A stretch of DNA of 27,516 nt. Origin: Ginkgo biloba. Lineage: Eukaryota > Plantae > Ginkgophyta. A model generated the notes under the pieces. It saw only the letters and a list, made by a program, of their open reading frames with translations, had not been told where the DNA came from and did not search any database. The first letter of the stretch is position 1; every line of letters begins with the position of its first letter. Both the position numbers and the translations under genes were made by a program. Positions 1 through 11,600 of the stretch are shown piece by piece. Location of the stretch: assembly GCA_024626585.2 (NCBI GenBank), contig JANKJI020000002.1:262008082-262035597 (forward strand). Reading direction: 5' to 3'.

Positions 1-77
1 TTTCTAGCAAAAATTGTTGATGCATTTATGTTACAACCCAATAAACTATTACAAATCTAATCTTGAAAGGTGGGCCA

Positions 78-352
78 AAGACAACCAAGAAGAACACATT
101 GAATTTAGCCTTTAAGGACATATCTAAGCCTAACCAAGATGATGGAGGTAGATCATTGATTTTGAACATGCTGATGAAAACCCTGGTAAGGTGCTCAGGA
201 GAGAGAAAATTGTGAAGACAACCAAGAAGAAGATGTTAAATTTAGCCTTGGAAGACATATCTAAGCCTATGTGAAATGAATGAGGTAGATCATTGATTTT
301 GACCATGATGATGAAAACCCACGATAAGGTTCTTAGGAGAGAGAAACTTGTG
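78..352 (+). repeat. Two-copy tandem repeat, ~137 bp unit (78-214, 215-352)
   Basis: Both units read aagacaaccaagaagaa...aatttagcctt...gacatatctaagccta...gaggtagatcattgattttga...gatgaaaaccc...aggagagagaaa..tgtg. Probably TE-derived. Confidence 0.85.
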
Positions 353-1049
353 AAGAGTATAGGCAAGAAGGTCCTCTAGCTAAGGGCACCTCTTTTGAAG
401 GAGTAATTTAAGATAGTATAATGCCACAAAAAGCTTCTTAGGGTTTGGTGTAGCCCTAAGGTTAAGCTCAAATCTATGTAGGAATTTGTGCCCAACTTAT
501 GACATATAAAGGGATTGTTAGGGCTCAAACAATACCTAACATCATCTCTCTGATTTCCTCTTTAAGGCATATTCACCTAGCAAGTTGTTTTATGTGTTCT
601 AGATGTAGGGATTCACCCTTAGAAATCATTGTTTCTAGTGTGATATTATCTCTTTCATATCTAGAATTGGGTCATTACATTTATAACAACTTCCAACACA
701 TATTTTCATTAAAGGATTGCTCAGATCTCTTCCTTAGGGGAAGGCAATCTCATTGGAGGGGTTCGTAAGAACTTTTGCAACATTTTGAAGCCTAGTGAAC
801 CTCCAGAACAAATTGCATGCCTTTTCCAAAACCCAATGACTGTCTTCTGCACATACTGCTTCATCTTTAACCATTAAAGCAAGTCATTTCATTCTAGGAG
901 GTTGAACTAAGACTTTTTGACCTACAAACAGGTTTGGCATCTTCAGTTCTTCAATTTGAACTAGTAAGCATAAATTGTAAGTGTATAGTGAAACCCTACT
1001 TTTGAAACCCTACTTTTTGAATTAATTTCTACATGCTGTCATAAATTAA

Positions 1050-1986
1050 GAGATATAGGATTAGTCTAAAATCTAAATTTTCAGTTATGTCTTCATGTAT
1101 GAGGAATGAAAATCCTATGACTACAGAAACAACTTCCTTACAATAAGGCACTCTTGGTCATAGAGCAATTATGTCATATTTATGGTTGAAAATGGATTAC
1201 TTGGATGCTAGGATTTAGTACATTTATTACTCCCTCTCAATTCAAGTTCATAAACCCTAGTGTACAACATATTGGGCAGCTTCTCCTAGTAGAGAATCCA
1301 ATGAGGGGATCTGTTGGGTATAGATGTGGCTATACTATTGCATTCATGCATTTTTGTCCATCTTGGGACTCTACAAGTCCATAGCCCTAATGAGCGTTTA
1401 TGATATACTTAGGCAAATTAGAAGTGAGGGTAGGGTTAACACCCTAAGAACCCTTAGAGATATCTCAATGTTGTAAGGTGTGTTAACACTCACAGCGAGT
1501 CATACTTCTTAATTGACTTGCATTGGTATATAATTTTTGTGTACGTGTTTATTTGTAAGTAGTGATGCTTGTATGCATGATACTGTCAGTGGGGTGGGTA
1601 TCTCGTTGGAAGATAGCCCTAGTGTTGAAGAGGGGTTGGAAATAGACCCACACCTAGCACTCTTATTTGGCTACAATGGGTGGAATTGATCAGAGAGGTT
1701 GCTTGGTGCAAAGAGTTAGCCATTATGCATTGGAGGTTTGGTTGGTAGCCAAGTAGGCCCCTTTTGGTGGTCCTTGATGGCCAATAATAGTTGCTAGTGT
1801 ATGTTGCCAATTCTACCTTTGCCCCTAATAGTCTAGTCTCTTAAGCCTAATATGTGTTTGTACTTGCAACACTTAGGTAATTAATGGAAATGAATATTTA
1901 TTTATGCACTTTTTACTCTGATGACTTATCTTTCTTACAACATTTAATATTCTTAGCATGCAAATTTAAGAGGTGGGATTGTTACT
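1050..1986 (+). mobile_element. Decayed LTR, family A copy 1 (5' boundary approximate)
   Basis: Collinear similarity over ~0.9 kb with 11900-12854 (e.g. ccctagtgttgaagaggggttg, gaggtttggttggtagc, catttaatattcttagcatg). Ends ...aagaggtgggattgttact, where copy 2 ends TGTTACA. Confidence 0.75.
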
Positions 1987-2477
1987 GTAGTCTTCTAGAA
2001 GCCATAACTTTTGCATCTGGACTATGTTNNNNNNNNNNNNNNNNNNNNNNNNNNNNNNNNNNNNNNNNNNNNNNNNNNNNNNNNNNNNNNNNNNNNNNNN
2101 NNNNNNNNNNNNNNNNNNNNNNNNNNNNCTGAATTTTCAATCATGTGTGTTGTTGGTTAAATTTGGGAACCCAGTGGAACACACTTAAGCCAATGGGTGG
2201 TTATATGCCATCCATTAGTAAACATGCATTAACTACACATACATAGAGAAATCGTGATATAACACATAAGAGTTTCCATGATACAAGTAATCTTTATTAA
2301 ATAGTCATGATGGTACATTGAATAGTCTTAGGAATATGGCATTAAATGCTATTACTTAATTCTCACACTGAGATATGCTATTACTCTTCAATTGTNNNNN
2401 NNNNNNNNNNNNNNNNNNNNNNNNNNNNNNNNNNNNNNNNNNNNNNNNNNNNNNNNNNNNNNNNNNNNNNNNNNNNN

Positions 2478-3130
2478 GGGAACCATTCCCGAAGAAGAAA
2501 TCTTGAAGAGTGAAGGAGACGCTTGGATTGGTTCACTCTGATATTTGTGGACCAATGTCGACTGCGTCACTTGGAGGGGCCAAGTACCTCTTAACCTTCA
2601 TTGACAATTTTTCGAGAAAAGTTTGGGTTTATCCCATAAAGGAGAAATCATAGACTTTCACGATCTTCAAGCAATTCAAGGAACGAGTTGAGTGGGAAAT
2701 ACATAAATAGTTGAAGATACTTTGATCCAATAATGGATGATGGTACACTTTAGCTGAATTCAATTAGTATTGTAAGGATGAAAGCATCTAGGGGAAGTTC
2801 ACCATTGCCTACACAACGGAGCAAAACGAGGTNNNNNNNNNNNNNNNNNNNNNGTTTGGTGGAAAAAGCTAAGTCCTGATGAAAGGAAAGAACATGGCAT
2901 ACTATCTTTGGGCAGAAGTTGTATGTGCAACAACTTATCTAACAAACAAAAGTCCAAGGAAGGCAATTTGGGGTAAAATGCCTGAGTAGGCTTGGTTAGG
3001 AAAGAAGCCTATTGTGAGCCATCTAAAAGTTTTGGGGTGTACTACGTACATGCATACCCCAAAGGAGAAGCGATAGAATTTCAATGATAAGAGTTCCAAC
3101 TGTATCTTGGTAGGATATGTGAACTCAAGA
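2478..3130 (+). pseudogene. Ty1/copia integrase core remnant with many stops
   Basis: Translation gives [52 protein letters not shown]...YTTEQNE...LWAEVV...TYLTNKSP...PE*AWLGKKPIVSHLKVLGC...CILVGY, which are typical Copia rve motifs. Confidence 0.93.
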
Positions 3131-3856
3131 TCATGATGGTAATCGAGAAAAAACAAGAATTAAAGAAGAATCAACCACAAGACAGATTTTCGGGTACAAT
3201 TGGTCTACCAAAAATTTTCTTCTATTACAGTACTCAATGGATGAATCTCTGATCAATGATGGTACAATGGGTACGGGGTCTATTAATAGACGACCCAAAC
3301 AATAACNNNNNNNNNNNNNNNNNNNNNNNNNNNNNNNNNNNNNNNNNNNNNNNNNNNNNNNNNNNNNNNNNNNNNNNNNNNNNNNNNNNNNNNNNNNNNN
3401 NNNNNNAATTTCTCTTTGAACCATGCTTGGTTGCTGCTTATAGAGAGGTTATTCTCTTCAAATCCAAATTGGCAAGCTTCTATGTGAGGTTTCTGGAGAG
3501 CTATGAGTTTGTTCCTGAGTCAAACTGTTATATCAGAACTGAAAGTGGACTTATTTGTGTATATTTTGAGTTAATGACTGGATGAATAGTGAATAAGCAT
3601 ACTTCCAAAATTAAACCATTCTTGCACAAGTTGCTACCATTGAGGAAAAGGAATTAGGCCTTGATGTTCAGCACCTTACAGAATGAATCAAAGAAATGGA
3701 GAAATTTCATAGAAGCAGAATGTTTTTAACTATCTATTTCACAAACNNNNNNNNNNNNNNNNNNNNNNNNCTTATGATGCTCATTTAATCCTTCAATAAG
3801 AAAACTGAGCATTCTTGCCAAGGGGTGTATGCAGTTGGAGACAATGCATAAAGTAC

Positions 3857-3952
3857 CAGCACAATAGCCAATTGGCCATCCTCTTTCGGTCCATGCATAC
3901 GATCCGCAACTGCTGCTGCTGCAACGGCTCCAGCTGCTGCCGGCATAGTCTT
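3857..3952 (-). CDS. F2KP: F2KP/FKFBP exon at the start of the 6PF2K kinase domain, KTMPAAAGAVAAAAVADRMHGPKEDGQLAIVL
   Basis: Near-identical to the conserved MPAAAGAVAAAAVADQMLGPKEDRHLAIVL that precedes the P-loop VGLPARGKT. Acceptor tctag, donor CTG|GTAC, 96 nt, phase 0/0. This frame is absent from the ORF track. Confidence 0.95.
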
Positions 3953-4378
3953 CTAGATATTGGAATACAGAAAATCAAAATNNNNNNNNNNNNNNNNNNN
4001 NNNNNNNNNNNNNNNNNNATGTAGTCTAGTCTGTTGATAATCTTCTTTCAGTATTGAGCTTTGGTAATGATAATTCGATAAAGTGAGACTGGTACTTTAT
4101 ATGAATGGAAAAGGTCGGATGAAGTATAAAATAAACAGTTTATGGTAAAATAATGACAAAATTAAAAGCATCTTTCTGTACTTGAAATGAAGATCACTGA
4201 TGGGGAATGATGAAGATGGTTGTTCTTCATGAGGACCATAGCTCTGAATGATGAATTGTATGAGAAATGCAAGACAGATAAGTAAACAAAACCAGCCAAT
4301 CTATCTAGATATTGGATACTATAAGCATATCTTTACCTCTAAAAATTTTTCCTTACAGTATCCAACTATAGAACTAAC

Positions 4379-4594
4379 CTTGGCTTTTGTATCCAACTTC
4401 AGCTCTCCACCAAACAAGCCGAAACTACTTCCTGAGCGGATAAGTTTTGGAGAGTTGCCCACACCCCTTTCCACGTAGAATCCCCGATGACTGTCTTGTT
4501 TATGCAGGGTTAAAGATGTGCCAATAAATTTGGATTCTACCATGCTTGATACTGCCTTCACTTTAGGTGAATCCACTGGTGACCCCTCCATGTC
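4379..4594 (-). CDS. F2KP: F2KP/FKFBP internal exon, DMEGSPVDSPKVKAVSSMVESKFIGTSLTLHKQDSHRGFYVERGVGNSPKLIRSGSSFGLFGGELKLDTKAK
   Basis: Resembles F2KP ESKSVETLSPFQQKDGQKGLFVDRGVGSPRLVKS...DTKQIK. Acceptor aaatag, donor AAG|GTTAGT, 216 nt, phase 0/0. Confidence 0.9.
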
Positions 4595-5526
4595 CTATTT
4601 CAAATAGACCCATATAGGTGAGCACTGTTTTTGGTGTTCCAATCTTTTACAATTACACAGGATATTATGTCAAAAGCTACCAGCTTTTATAAGAAGATTA
4701 ATATTTTCTATATTTTTGTCTTTTAAATGAATAAAAGCATACCAGAAGAAAATGCAAAATATAGAAATGGGAGTTCGTTAAGAAAGCACTCAATTTAAAA
4801 CATTGTTGGAAAAAAACCTGCATATATTAAAGTATCACATTTGGTTTATTTTCTTTGTGTGACTGAAAACAAAAGATAACAATGTTGCCACTAGGTTCCT
4901 GGGGTTATGGGTCAATGTGGTGCCTGTCATAATCCATGAAATGCTCTTTTGCAATGATACAATTAATCACCCTTAGTAGGCACTATCAAACCTTCAAATG
5001 ACTTTCTGCAGCATCCCTCCAACNNNNNNNNNNNNNNNNNNNNNNNNNNNNNNNNNNNNNNNNNNNNNNNNNNNNNNNNNNNNNNNNNNNNNNNNNNNNN
5101 NNNNNNNNNNNNNNNNNNNNNNNTTTTACCTTCTACTCCAATTTTATTTTGATTTCAGTATCCAGATAATCAATTAAGTTCTGCAATGGGTGGGGAGTGG
5201 TCACTGTTGCCTGTCATTGTAATGAGGATGTTGTTGCCTGCGTTGAAGAAAAACCTTAGCCCCAAAAGGAACTAGGATTAAAAAAACTCCAAGGTATGTA
5301 CTACTGTCGACCTGAAGCTACGCATCTCTGGAATATCTCTGGAATGATTTCTTCTTGTCATCTTCATTAAGTTGTCTGCTACAATCAATAGTATTTACGA
5401 TGTAATCAAGTCCTCAATAAACTCTTTATCTTTATCCAGGCTCAAACAAAATAAAATGATCCCTTAGCCTACTTATAGAAATGAGATCATGCTATATGAC
5501 TAGATATTTAGTCATCACGAATGGCC

Positions 5527-6299
5527 CACTGTAATCTTCCTTCAATAATGGAGAGCTTTAAACTTTCAAAAGAATCTGTTGACCGACTGTACTGTTAGTG
5601 TGTTAGTGTTGGAATAATGCTCCCGTTGGTGTCGGCTTGAATGAAAATCAACGTAGGTTCCATCAATTATCGATGACGTTGGTGTCGATATTAATTGAAA
5701 ACTTAAACAAGATTATAGAGCATTAGCACTTAGAGGAGGGTTGGCACTAATTATCGGCAACGATCTCCAACATTGTCAGTGAGAATCAATTAAAGGTAGT
5801 CAATCTTTAGCCCTCATGAGTAGAGGTTAATCACCACGTGACCATTCTTATATGTATAAAATTTTATCTTTCACTAAAAAATAATTATTTGATCATTGTT
5901 AAGTGGAGATTCCTTATTTTAAAAATGGCTCCAATAACTTCTCTCTACCGACAACAGATGAAAGCTTCTCGAACATGAGCAGCTCTCCAACGGTTGTCAA
6001 CAGCGGATGGGAACTCCTCTGATGCGAAACTTCTCTGACGGTGGATGCGTATACTTCCCTTCATTGACATAAAAACTTCTCCGACATTGGCCTCCTTTGA
6101 CGCAGTCCATTAGCCTTTGGTATAAAATATGCTTGATAACGTCGGTCAAAAAATCAAGTACTGTCAGTGAAGAGGTCCAACAACGTTAGTGACAACTATT
6201 ACATAGCCTCCTCCAACACGAACAGGGATCTACCAACACTGAGTTGTCCTCCGACGGTGTCTTTGATGTCTATTGGAAAGATGAAGGATTGAGATGTAG
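5527..6299. mobile_element. Possible decayed non-autonomous CACTA-like DNA transposon with subterminal CCGAC/GTCGG repeats
   Basis: Dispersed ctccgac/ctccaac/accgac/gtgtcgg motifs with CpG-decay variants. CACTG at 5527 and ...gatgtag at 6299 resemble a degenerate CACTA...TAGTG pair. No clean TIR or TSD was found. Confidence 0.35.
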
Positions 6300-8337
6300 A
6301 ACTACTGCTTTGGTATGTACTCCTCTGGCTTTGGTGTTGGCTTTAGTATATACTCCTCAAATCATTTGGTACATGGGGATTATAGTGATACATACTAGGA
6401 GGATAAATGGGTCATAGTGTAGAATGATATGGCTTGAAATCATGTGTTGGTTGCATTGACTCCCCATAGCCTTGGCCACGTCTGCCTCTTCTCTTTTGCA
6501 TTTGAGTATAACAAAGATGTGTGAATGCATTTTCTCCTCCCTTGACAACAACTTTCAATTCCTTCAACATCAATAGTATTTTTCCATATTCTCTTCTTTG
6601 TAAATTCCACATTGATCCTCTATAGCATCAATCAAACATTTGTTGATCGAATGCCTCAAACAACATTTAAAACAAAAGACAACCAATGGTGCCGATGAGG
6701 CCAAGTCTAATTTCTTTCTTTTTATCTCCTAGTTCATTGATTGTGCATCTATAGAAGATAGTATATCCTCCTTGAGATCACCAACAAGTTACTCAATTCT
6801 ACGTTATTCACTAATCTAGATGCTACCCTAGCTAGGTTCAAGCTTATTGGTGGGAATGTTGTTTCCTATGTTGATCTCTTTCTGCCCCATTTCTTTGACA
6901 TACAAAAGTACTATAAGCAAAGCTCCTTGAACTTTTTGTAGTGATATTGTAGATACCTCCCCTACAGATATTAAATAAACCCACATCTGAACATTAGGGT
7001 GCATCTAGGACAANNNNNNNNNNNNNNNNNNNNNNNNNNNNNNNNNNNNNNNNNNNNNNNNNNNNNNNNNNNNNNNNNNNNNNNNNNNNNNNNNNNNNNN
7101 NNNNNNNNNNNNNNNNNNNNNNNNNNNNNNNNNNNNNNNNNNNNNNNNNNNNNNNNNNNNNNNNNNNNNNNNNNNNNNNNNNNNNNNNNNNNNNNNNNNN
7201 NNNNNNNNNNNNNNNNNNNNNNNNNNNNNNNNNNNNNNNNNNNNNNNNNNNNNNNNNNNNNNNNNNNNNNNNNNNNNNNNNNNNNNNNNNNNNNNNNNNN
7301 NNNNNNNNNNNNNNNNNNNNNNNNNNNNNNNNNNNNNNNNNNNNNNNNNNNNNNNNNNNNNNNNNNNNNNNNNNNNNNNNNNNNNNNNNNNNNNNNNNNN
7401 NNNNNNNNNNNNNNNNNNNNNNNNNNNNNNNNNNNNNNNNNNNNNNNNNNNNNNNNNNNNNNNNNNNNNNNNNNNNNNNNNNNNNNNNNNNNNNNNNNNN
7501 NNNNNNNNNNNNNNNNNNNNNNNNNNNNNNNNNNNNNNNNNNNNNNNNNNNNNNNNNNNNNNNNNNNNNNNNNNNNNNNNNNNNNNNNNNNNNNNNNNNN
7601 NNNNNNNNNNNNNNNNNNNNNNNNNNNNNNNNNNNNNNNNNNNNNNNNNNNNNNNNNNNNNNNNNNNNNNNNNNNNNNNNNNNNNNNNNNNNNNNNNNNN
7701 NNNNNNNNNNNNNNNNNNNNNNNNNNNNNNNNNNNNNNNNNNNNNNNNNNNNNNNNNNNNNNNNNNNNNNNNNNNNNNNNNNNNNNNNNNNNNNNNNNNN
7801 NNNNNNNNNNNNNNNNNNNNNNNNNNNNNNNNNNNNNNNNNNNNNNNNNNNNNNNNNNNNNNGCCTCAGCGTCCTTAGCAAGAACACCAAAAATGACAAA
7901 TGCTTTAGATTCAAAGGTTTGTCATTTAATGGTCAACTTGGGTTTGTAATATTTAAATGGCAAGATTAAATGGTGAGAGAGATAGAATTTCAAATGTCAC
8001 CTTCTGCAAAACTAAGAAGCAATAGAACTTATGGAAATAAATTACTAGAACAAAAAGATACATGTACTAAAATTGTAGAAAGGAAATACAACAATAGTAA
8101 CCAATCTCTGAGCCTATGTTGTAGCATAACAATAAATTTCTATCCTAATTATGAGGCAGATCAACATTTTCTATTGTATGGGGATCCTTCTATCCAAAAC
8201 TTGTGAGTCAACCAGGACTCCTTTGTTATCATACTTTTCAAAGGAAAATTGCATGCATTCTTTATTGAATTGAAAGTATTTGTGCATCAACTCCCAACTA
8301 TTATCATTGTTAAGTGATCATTGAAGAGGTTTGATTG

Positions 8338-8672
8338 GACTTACCCTCTAAGCCATGTAGGTAACTTACCTACAACTTTCATGAAGGTAAGTTACGATTC
8401 ATACTATCTATGGATAGACTTACCTTCAAATCGATTAAAAGTAAAGTTATCTTTGATCTAGCAAGGGAAAGACTCACCTTCAATACTCTGAAAGTAAAAT
8501 TTCCTATGTCATGGCTAAAGGAAAAGCTATCTTCAGTGCAAATGTAGGTAANNNNNNNNNNNNNNNNNNNNNNNNNNNNNACGTTTTCGAGAGGCCAAAG
8601 GTAACTTACCTTTAGTACATTTATAGGTAACTTCATATAAGGGACTTAACTTTGCCATTGGTGAAGGTAAGT
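8338..8672. repeat. Cluster of AAGGTAAGT/ACTTACCTT motifs on both strands, probably TE subrepeats
   Basis: acttacc at 8339, 8364, 8418 and 8604; actcacctt at 8472; aaggtaagt at 8384 and 8664; near-palindrome aggtaacttacct at 8359 and 8599. Confidence 0.65.
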
Positions 8673-9702
8673 ATTTACATAAGAAAGATGCCTTCATTTC
8701 TTTTGAATGTAACTACTTTCATCAAAAATACTGACACATAATAAAAGACTAAATACCCCATTATATGAAGTGCATAAAAATTCCCTGAGTTACATCATAT
8801 TATCATTGCATAAGTGGTTCCTTCACAGAGTTTTGGATCAAGATTGTATGAAGAATGAGGTGAATGATGATACAATAAATGCCTCATCATTAGCATTTAA
8901 GGAAACATTTGTAATTAATTTTGATGTTTTCATAATTTGACAGATATAGAGGTTAATGCATGGATGGGGCAGTCTTAGGCACAATTTCTTCAAGATTCAA
9001 AGATGCACTTGAGGGGATTGGCAAGGAAAATGCTAAGAGTTTTGACATTAATAGTGTAGCTATGATGCAACCCCACTAATGCAAAATTGGATCTTAAATC
9101 AGATTTCATATACAAGTACTTGAAAGGAGTTGCCAGGGATATTCTCCTACAGATTATGAACTTCATATGTAGATTTACAAAGGAGGTGATTGATGTCAAG
9201 GGGGCAATAGCAAGGAAAGGAAAGGATGATAATCTACTTGTTGGTGGGTCCTCAAANNNNNNNNNNNNNNNNNNNNNNNNNNNNNNNNNNNNNNNNNNNN
9301 NNNNNNNNNNNNNNNNNNNNNNNNNNNNNNNNNNNNNNNNNNNNNNNNNNNNNNNNATAGGAGGATCAACCACCGTAAAAAAATTTCAAAATTTTACAAA
9401 GTTTGACTTTAGAGTTTAAAAAAATATATATATATATATTAGAATTAAACTCCTTTTCTAAAGATTTTTTAAAGTTATCTTTTGTTTTATGGTAAAAAGG
9501 GCTTTTTTGGGCATAAATACTTTCAAAATTTTGAAAAATTCCAAAAATCACTTTTGAGGGTTTTTATATCCTATAGTATCTAGAAAAAGAAAAAAATATA
9601 AAAATGTGTTTTTTTTTGTATTCCTAAAAGCAAAAAACATAAAAGCATGTTTTCTGTTGTTTTGTAACCATTTGGTGAATTGTTCTTGGTTTTGAGTGCA
9701 TC

Positions 9703-9990
9703 ATGGCAACATATTTATTGAATGCTCTCATAGAGAAACTTATGGGTACTAAAAATTTTAGCACTCAAAAGCACTGGATCAAAAATTTCATGTTATTAAA
9801 TGTTTTGTAGGGCTATGTTGATGGTACCATTACTAGGGATGCAATTGACATCACGACACAAGTTGATTTTGACAATAAGAGCAAGATTGCACTAGCTCTT
9901 ATTAATCTTTTCGTTAGCAAAAATGTCATAGAAAATATTCAGGATGCAACAACACCTCAAGGAGTTTACGAGGCAATCACGTCTTTTTCT
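9703..9990 (+). pseudogene. Ty1/copia gag N-terminal remnant
   Basis: MATYLLNALIEKLMGTKNFSTQKHWIKNFMLLNVL*GYVDGT...DFDNKSKIALALINLFVSKNVIENIQDATTPQGVYEAI fits the Copia gag pattern (EKL.G.NF..W...LW.YVDG...KALA.I.L.V...I.DA.T.KE.W). TAG at 9808 replaces the Trp. Confidence 0.8.
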
Positions 9991-10892
9991 TTCTTGGCTT
10001 AGGTAACTCTCGATTCTCTTTCTCATTGTGATCTCCTATAGACGATGTCCTCATTCTAAGTCTCTTTATCTGTGTTATGGCTTCTTGACTGTACTAGTGC
10101 AAGTCACTATTTTTGGGCCCTAGTTGTTTTCTACAGAGCTAAATGTGATTCCTTGCATTTATAATGAGTTTCTAAAGCTATTTTTGCCAAAGGAGTGCTC
10201 ATATCTATTTTACATGTAAAAGTGACCTCATTAAAGGGGTTAGGATGAATTGAGAAGGCATTGTGGTGTCCAATGAAACTGCAAGAGAAGTCACATCACT
10301 TTCTTGTACCATAGTGGTGAATTCTACATTGTCATTGCATATTAAAAGTGAAGTAGCAAGGGACGTGGTTAGGCGACGGTTCTGGCCGAAGCATACGGGT
10401 CTGCCACCCTCGCGCCCTCCTGCTACAGGATCTTTAAACTCTGACGGAGTGCATGTGCAGTGGACAAACTCAGCTACAACTTCAGAGAAACACAAGCATA
10501 AACATTTACTATCTATGACACTCTCAAGAAAGAAATGACACCATGACACAGGTCTTTTTAACTGGAGAAACCCTCATGGAGAAAAAAACTCCAGACTGAA
10601 TTCATCCAAAAACAACTGGGCTGCTGCCCTTACATCCACAGCCAATTTGGCATCCATTAGATTGGCCCACAGCCTACAAGAACTCGCTCTAAAGCGTTAC
10701 AATCAGCCTCACGGCTTACAGTTCACAACTCGGCCTCAAGCCTGTCGATTCTCCTCGATGCCAATTCACCTGCTGGCTAGATGTACTCCTCCACAGCTCT
10801 GCTCCACTCGCCTCCTTAACTGTTCAGAATTTTGGCAACACTTCGTTGCTCCAATTCGCACTTCCCTCCTAAATGAATCCCAGAGAGGCAAA

Positions 10893-10898
10893 TATATA
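10893..10898 (-). promoter_or_regulatory. Putative TATA box of the solo LTR (gcTATATAtttg)
   Basis: The plus strand reads aaatgaatcccagagaggcaaatatatagc, the usual reverse-complement context of a plant LTR TATA box. It lies downstream (minus sense) of the repeat array. Confidence 0.55.
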
Positions 10899-11058
10899 GC
10901 TTCGGATTCAATGGACACTTGCTCCTACTCCAAACGTCTCTCTCGACTCCAACGGGCCGGTTTGATGAGCATTAACTCAGGTAACGATTCTGCCATTAAT
11001 GACTGTGCGCCACCATGTCTGTCTCTGTGCTATGGCTCACTGCAGCATAGTTAGTCCT

Positions 11059-11600
11059 CCGCCTTCGTCGGTCTGCACTGTTCTTAACTTACTTCTGCAT
11101 GGCCACCTCACGTCGTTCTGCAGTCTCCCACCGATGAGGTCTTTCGGTTCCCCACCGACGAAGCTCCAAGTTGCTTCGCAGAGAGGCGTCAATCTCCTCT
11201 CCTCCACCGACAGAGTCGGTAAGCTGCCTCGTCGATGTCGATTTCTACCGACGAGGTCGGGTAACACTGCCCCCGATGGGTGTCGATTTATTCCTCTCCA
11301 TCGACGGTGTCGGCTCTCGCCTCACCGACNNNNNNNNNNNNNNNNNNNNNNNNNNNNNNNNNNNNNNNNNNNNNNNNNNNNNNNNNNNNNNNNNNNNNNN
11401 NNNNNNNNNNNNNNNNNNNNNNNNNNNNCACCGACGAGGTCGGATTCCATTGCCACCGACATGGTCGGTTTTCTCCTCTTCACCGACGACACCTGACTCG
11501 CCTTTCCGCCTCGAGGTCGGTTTTCTAGGTTTCGCCGACGGCGTCAGTCTCGCCCTCTGCCGACGTGGTCGGTTTACTGAGTTCCACTGACGGCGTCGGC
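11059..11600. repeat. Array of CCGAC-N3-GTCGG palindromes, often ~25 bp apart, in the putative U3
   Basis: Perfect copies at 11207, 11248, 11431, 11456 and 11560. One-mismatch copies at 11301, 11535 and 11587. Further half-sites at 11155, 11325, 11483 and 11516. A gap interrupts the array. Confidence 0.9.

Noticed and set aside
991-1020. AAACCCTA telo-box-like duplicate
   Set aside because: A short local duplication within LTR-like sequence, not a telomeric array or evident promoter.
3410-3452. Minus-strand KHGS resembling F2KP YRRLKHG
   Set aside because: An in-frame stop lies just upstream, there is no YRRL and no suitable acceptor.
5131-5237. Candidate missing F2KP linker exon (acceptor aacgcag, donor AAG|GTAAAA on minus)
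   Set aside because: Stops in all three frames and no similarity to the expected LELDL.HY.VP sequence.
6994-7949. Long 306/316 aa ORFs, and other X-rich ORFs in the track
   Set aside because: Artefacts of translating through N gaps.
11059-11600. CRISPR-like repeat/spacer appearance of the palindrome array
   Set aside because: The repeats are only 13 bp with ~12-bp spacers and lie inside a TSD-bounded plant LTR. There are no cas genes and the context is eukaryotic.
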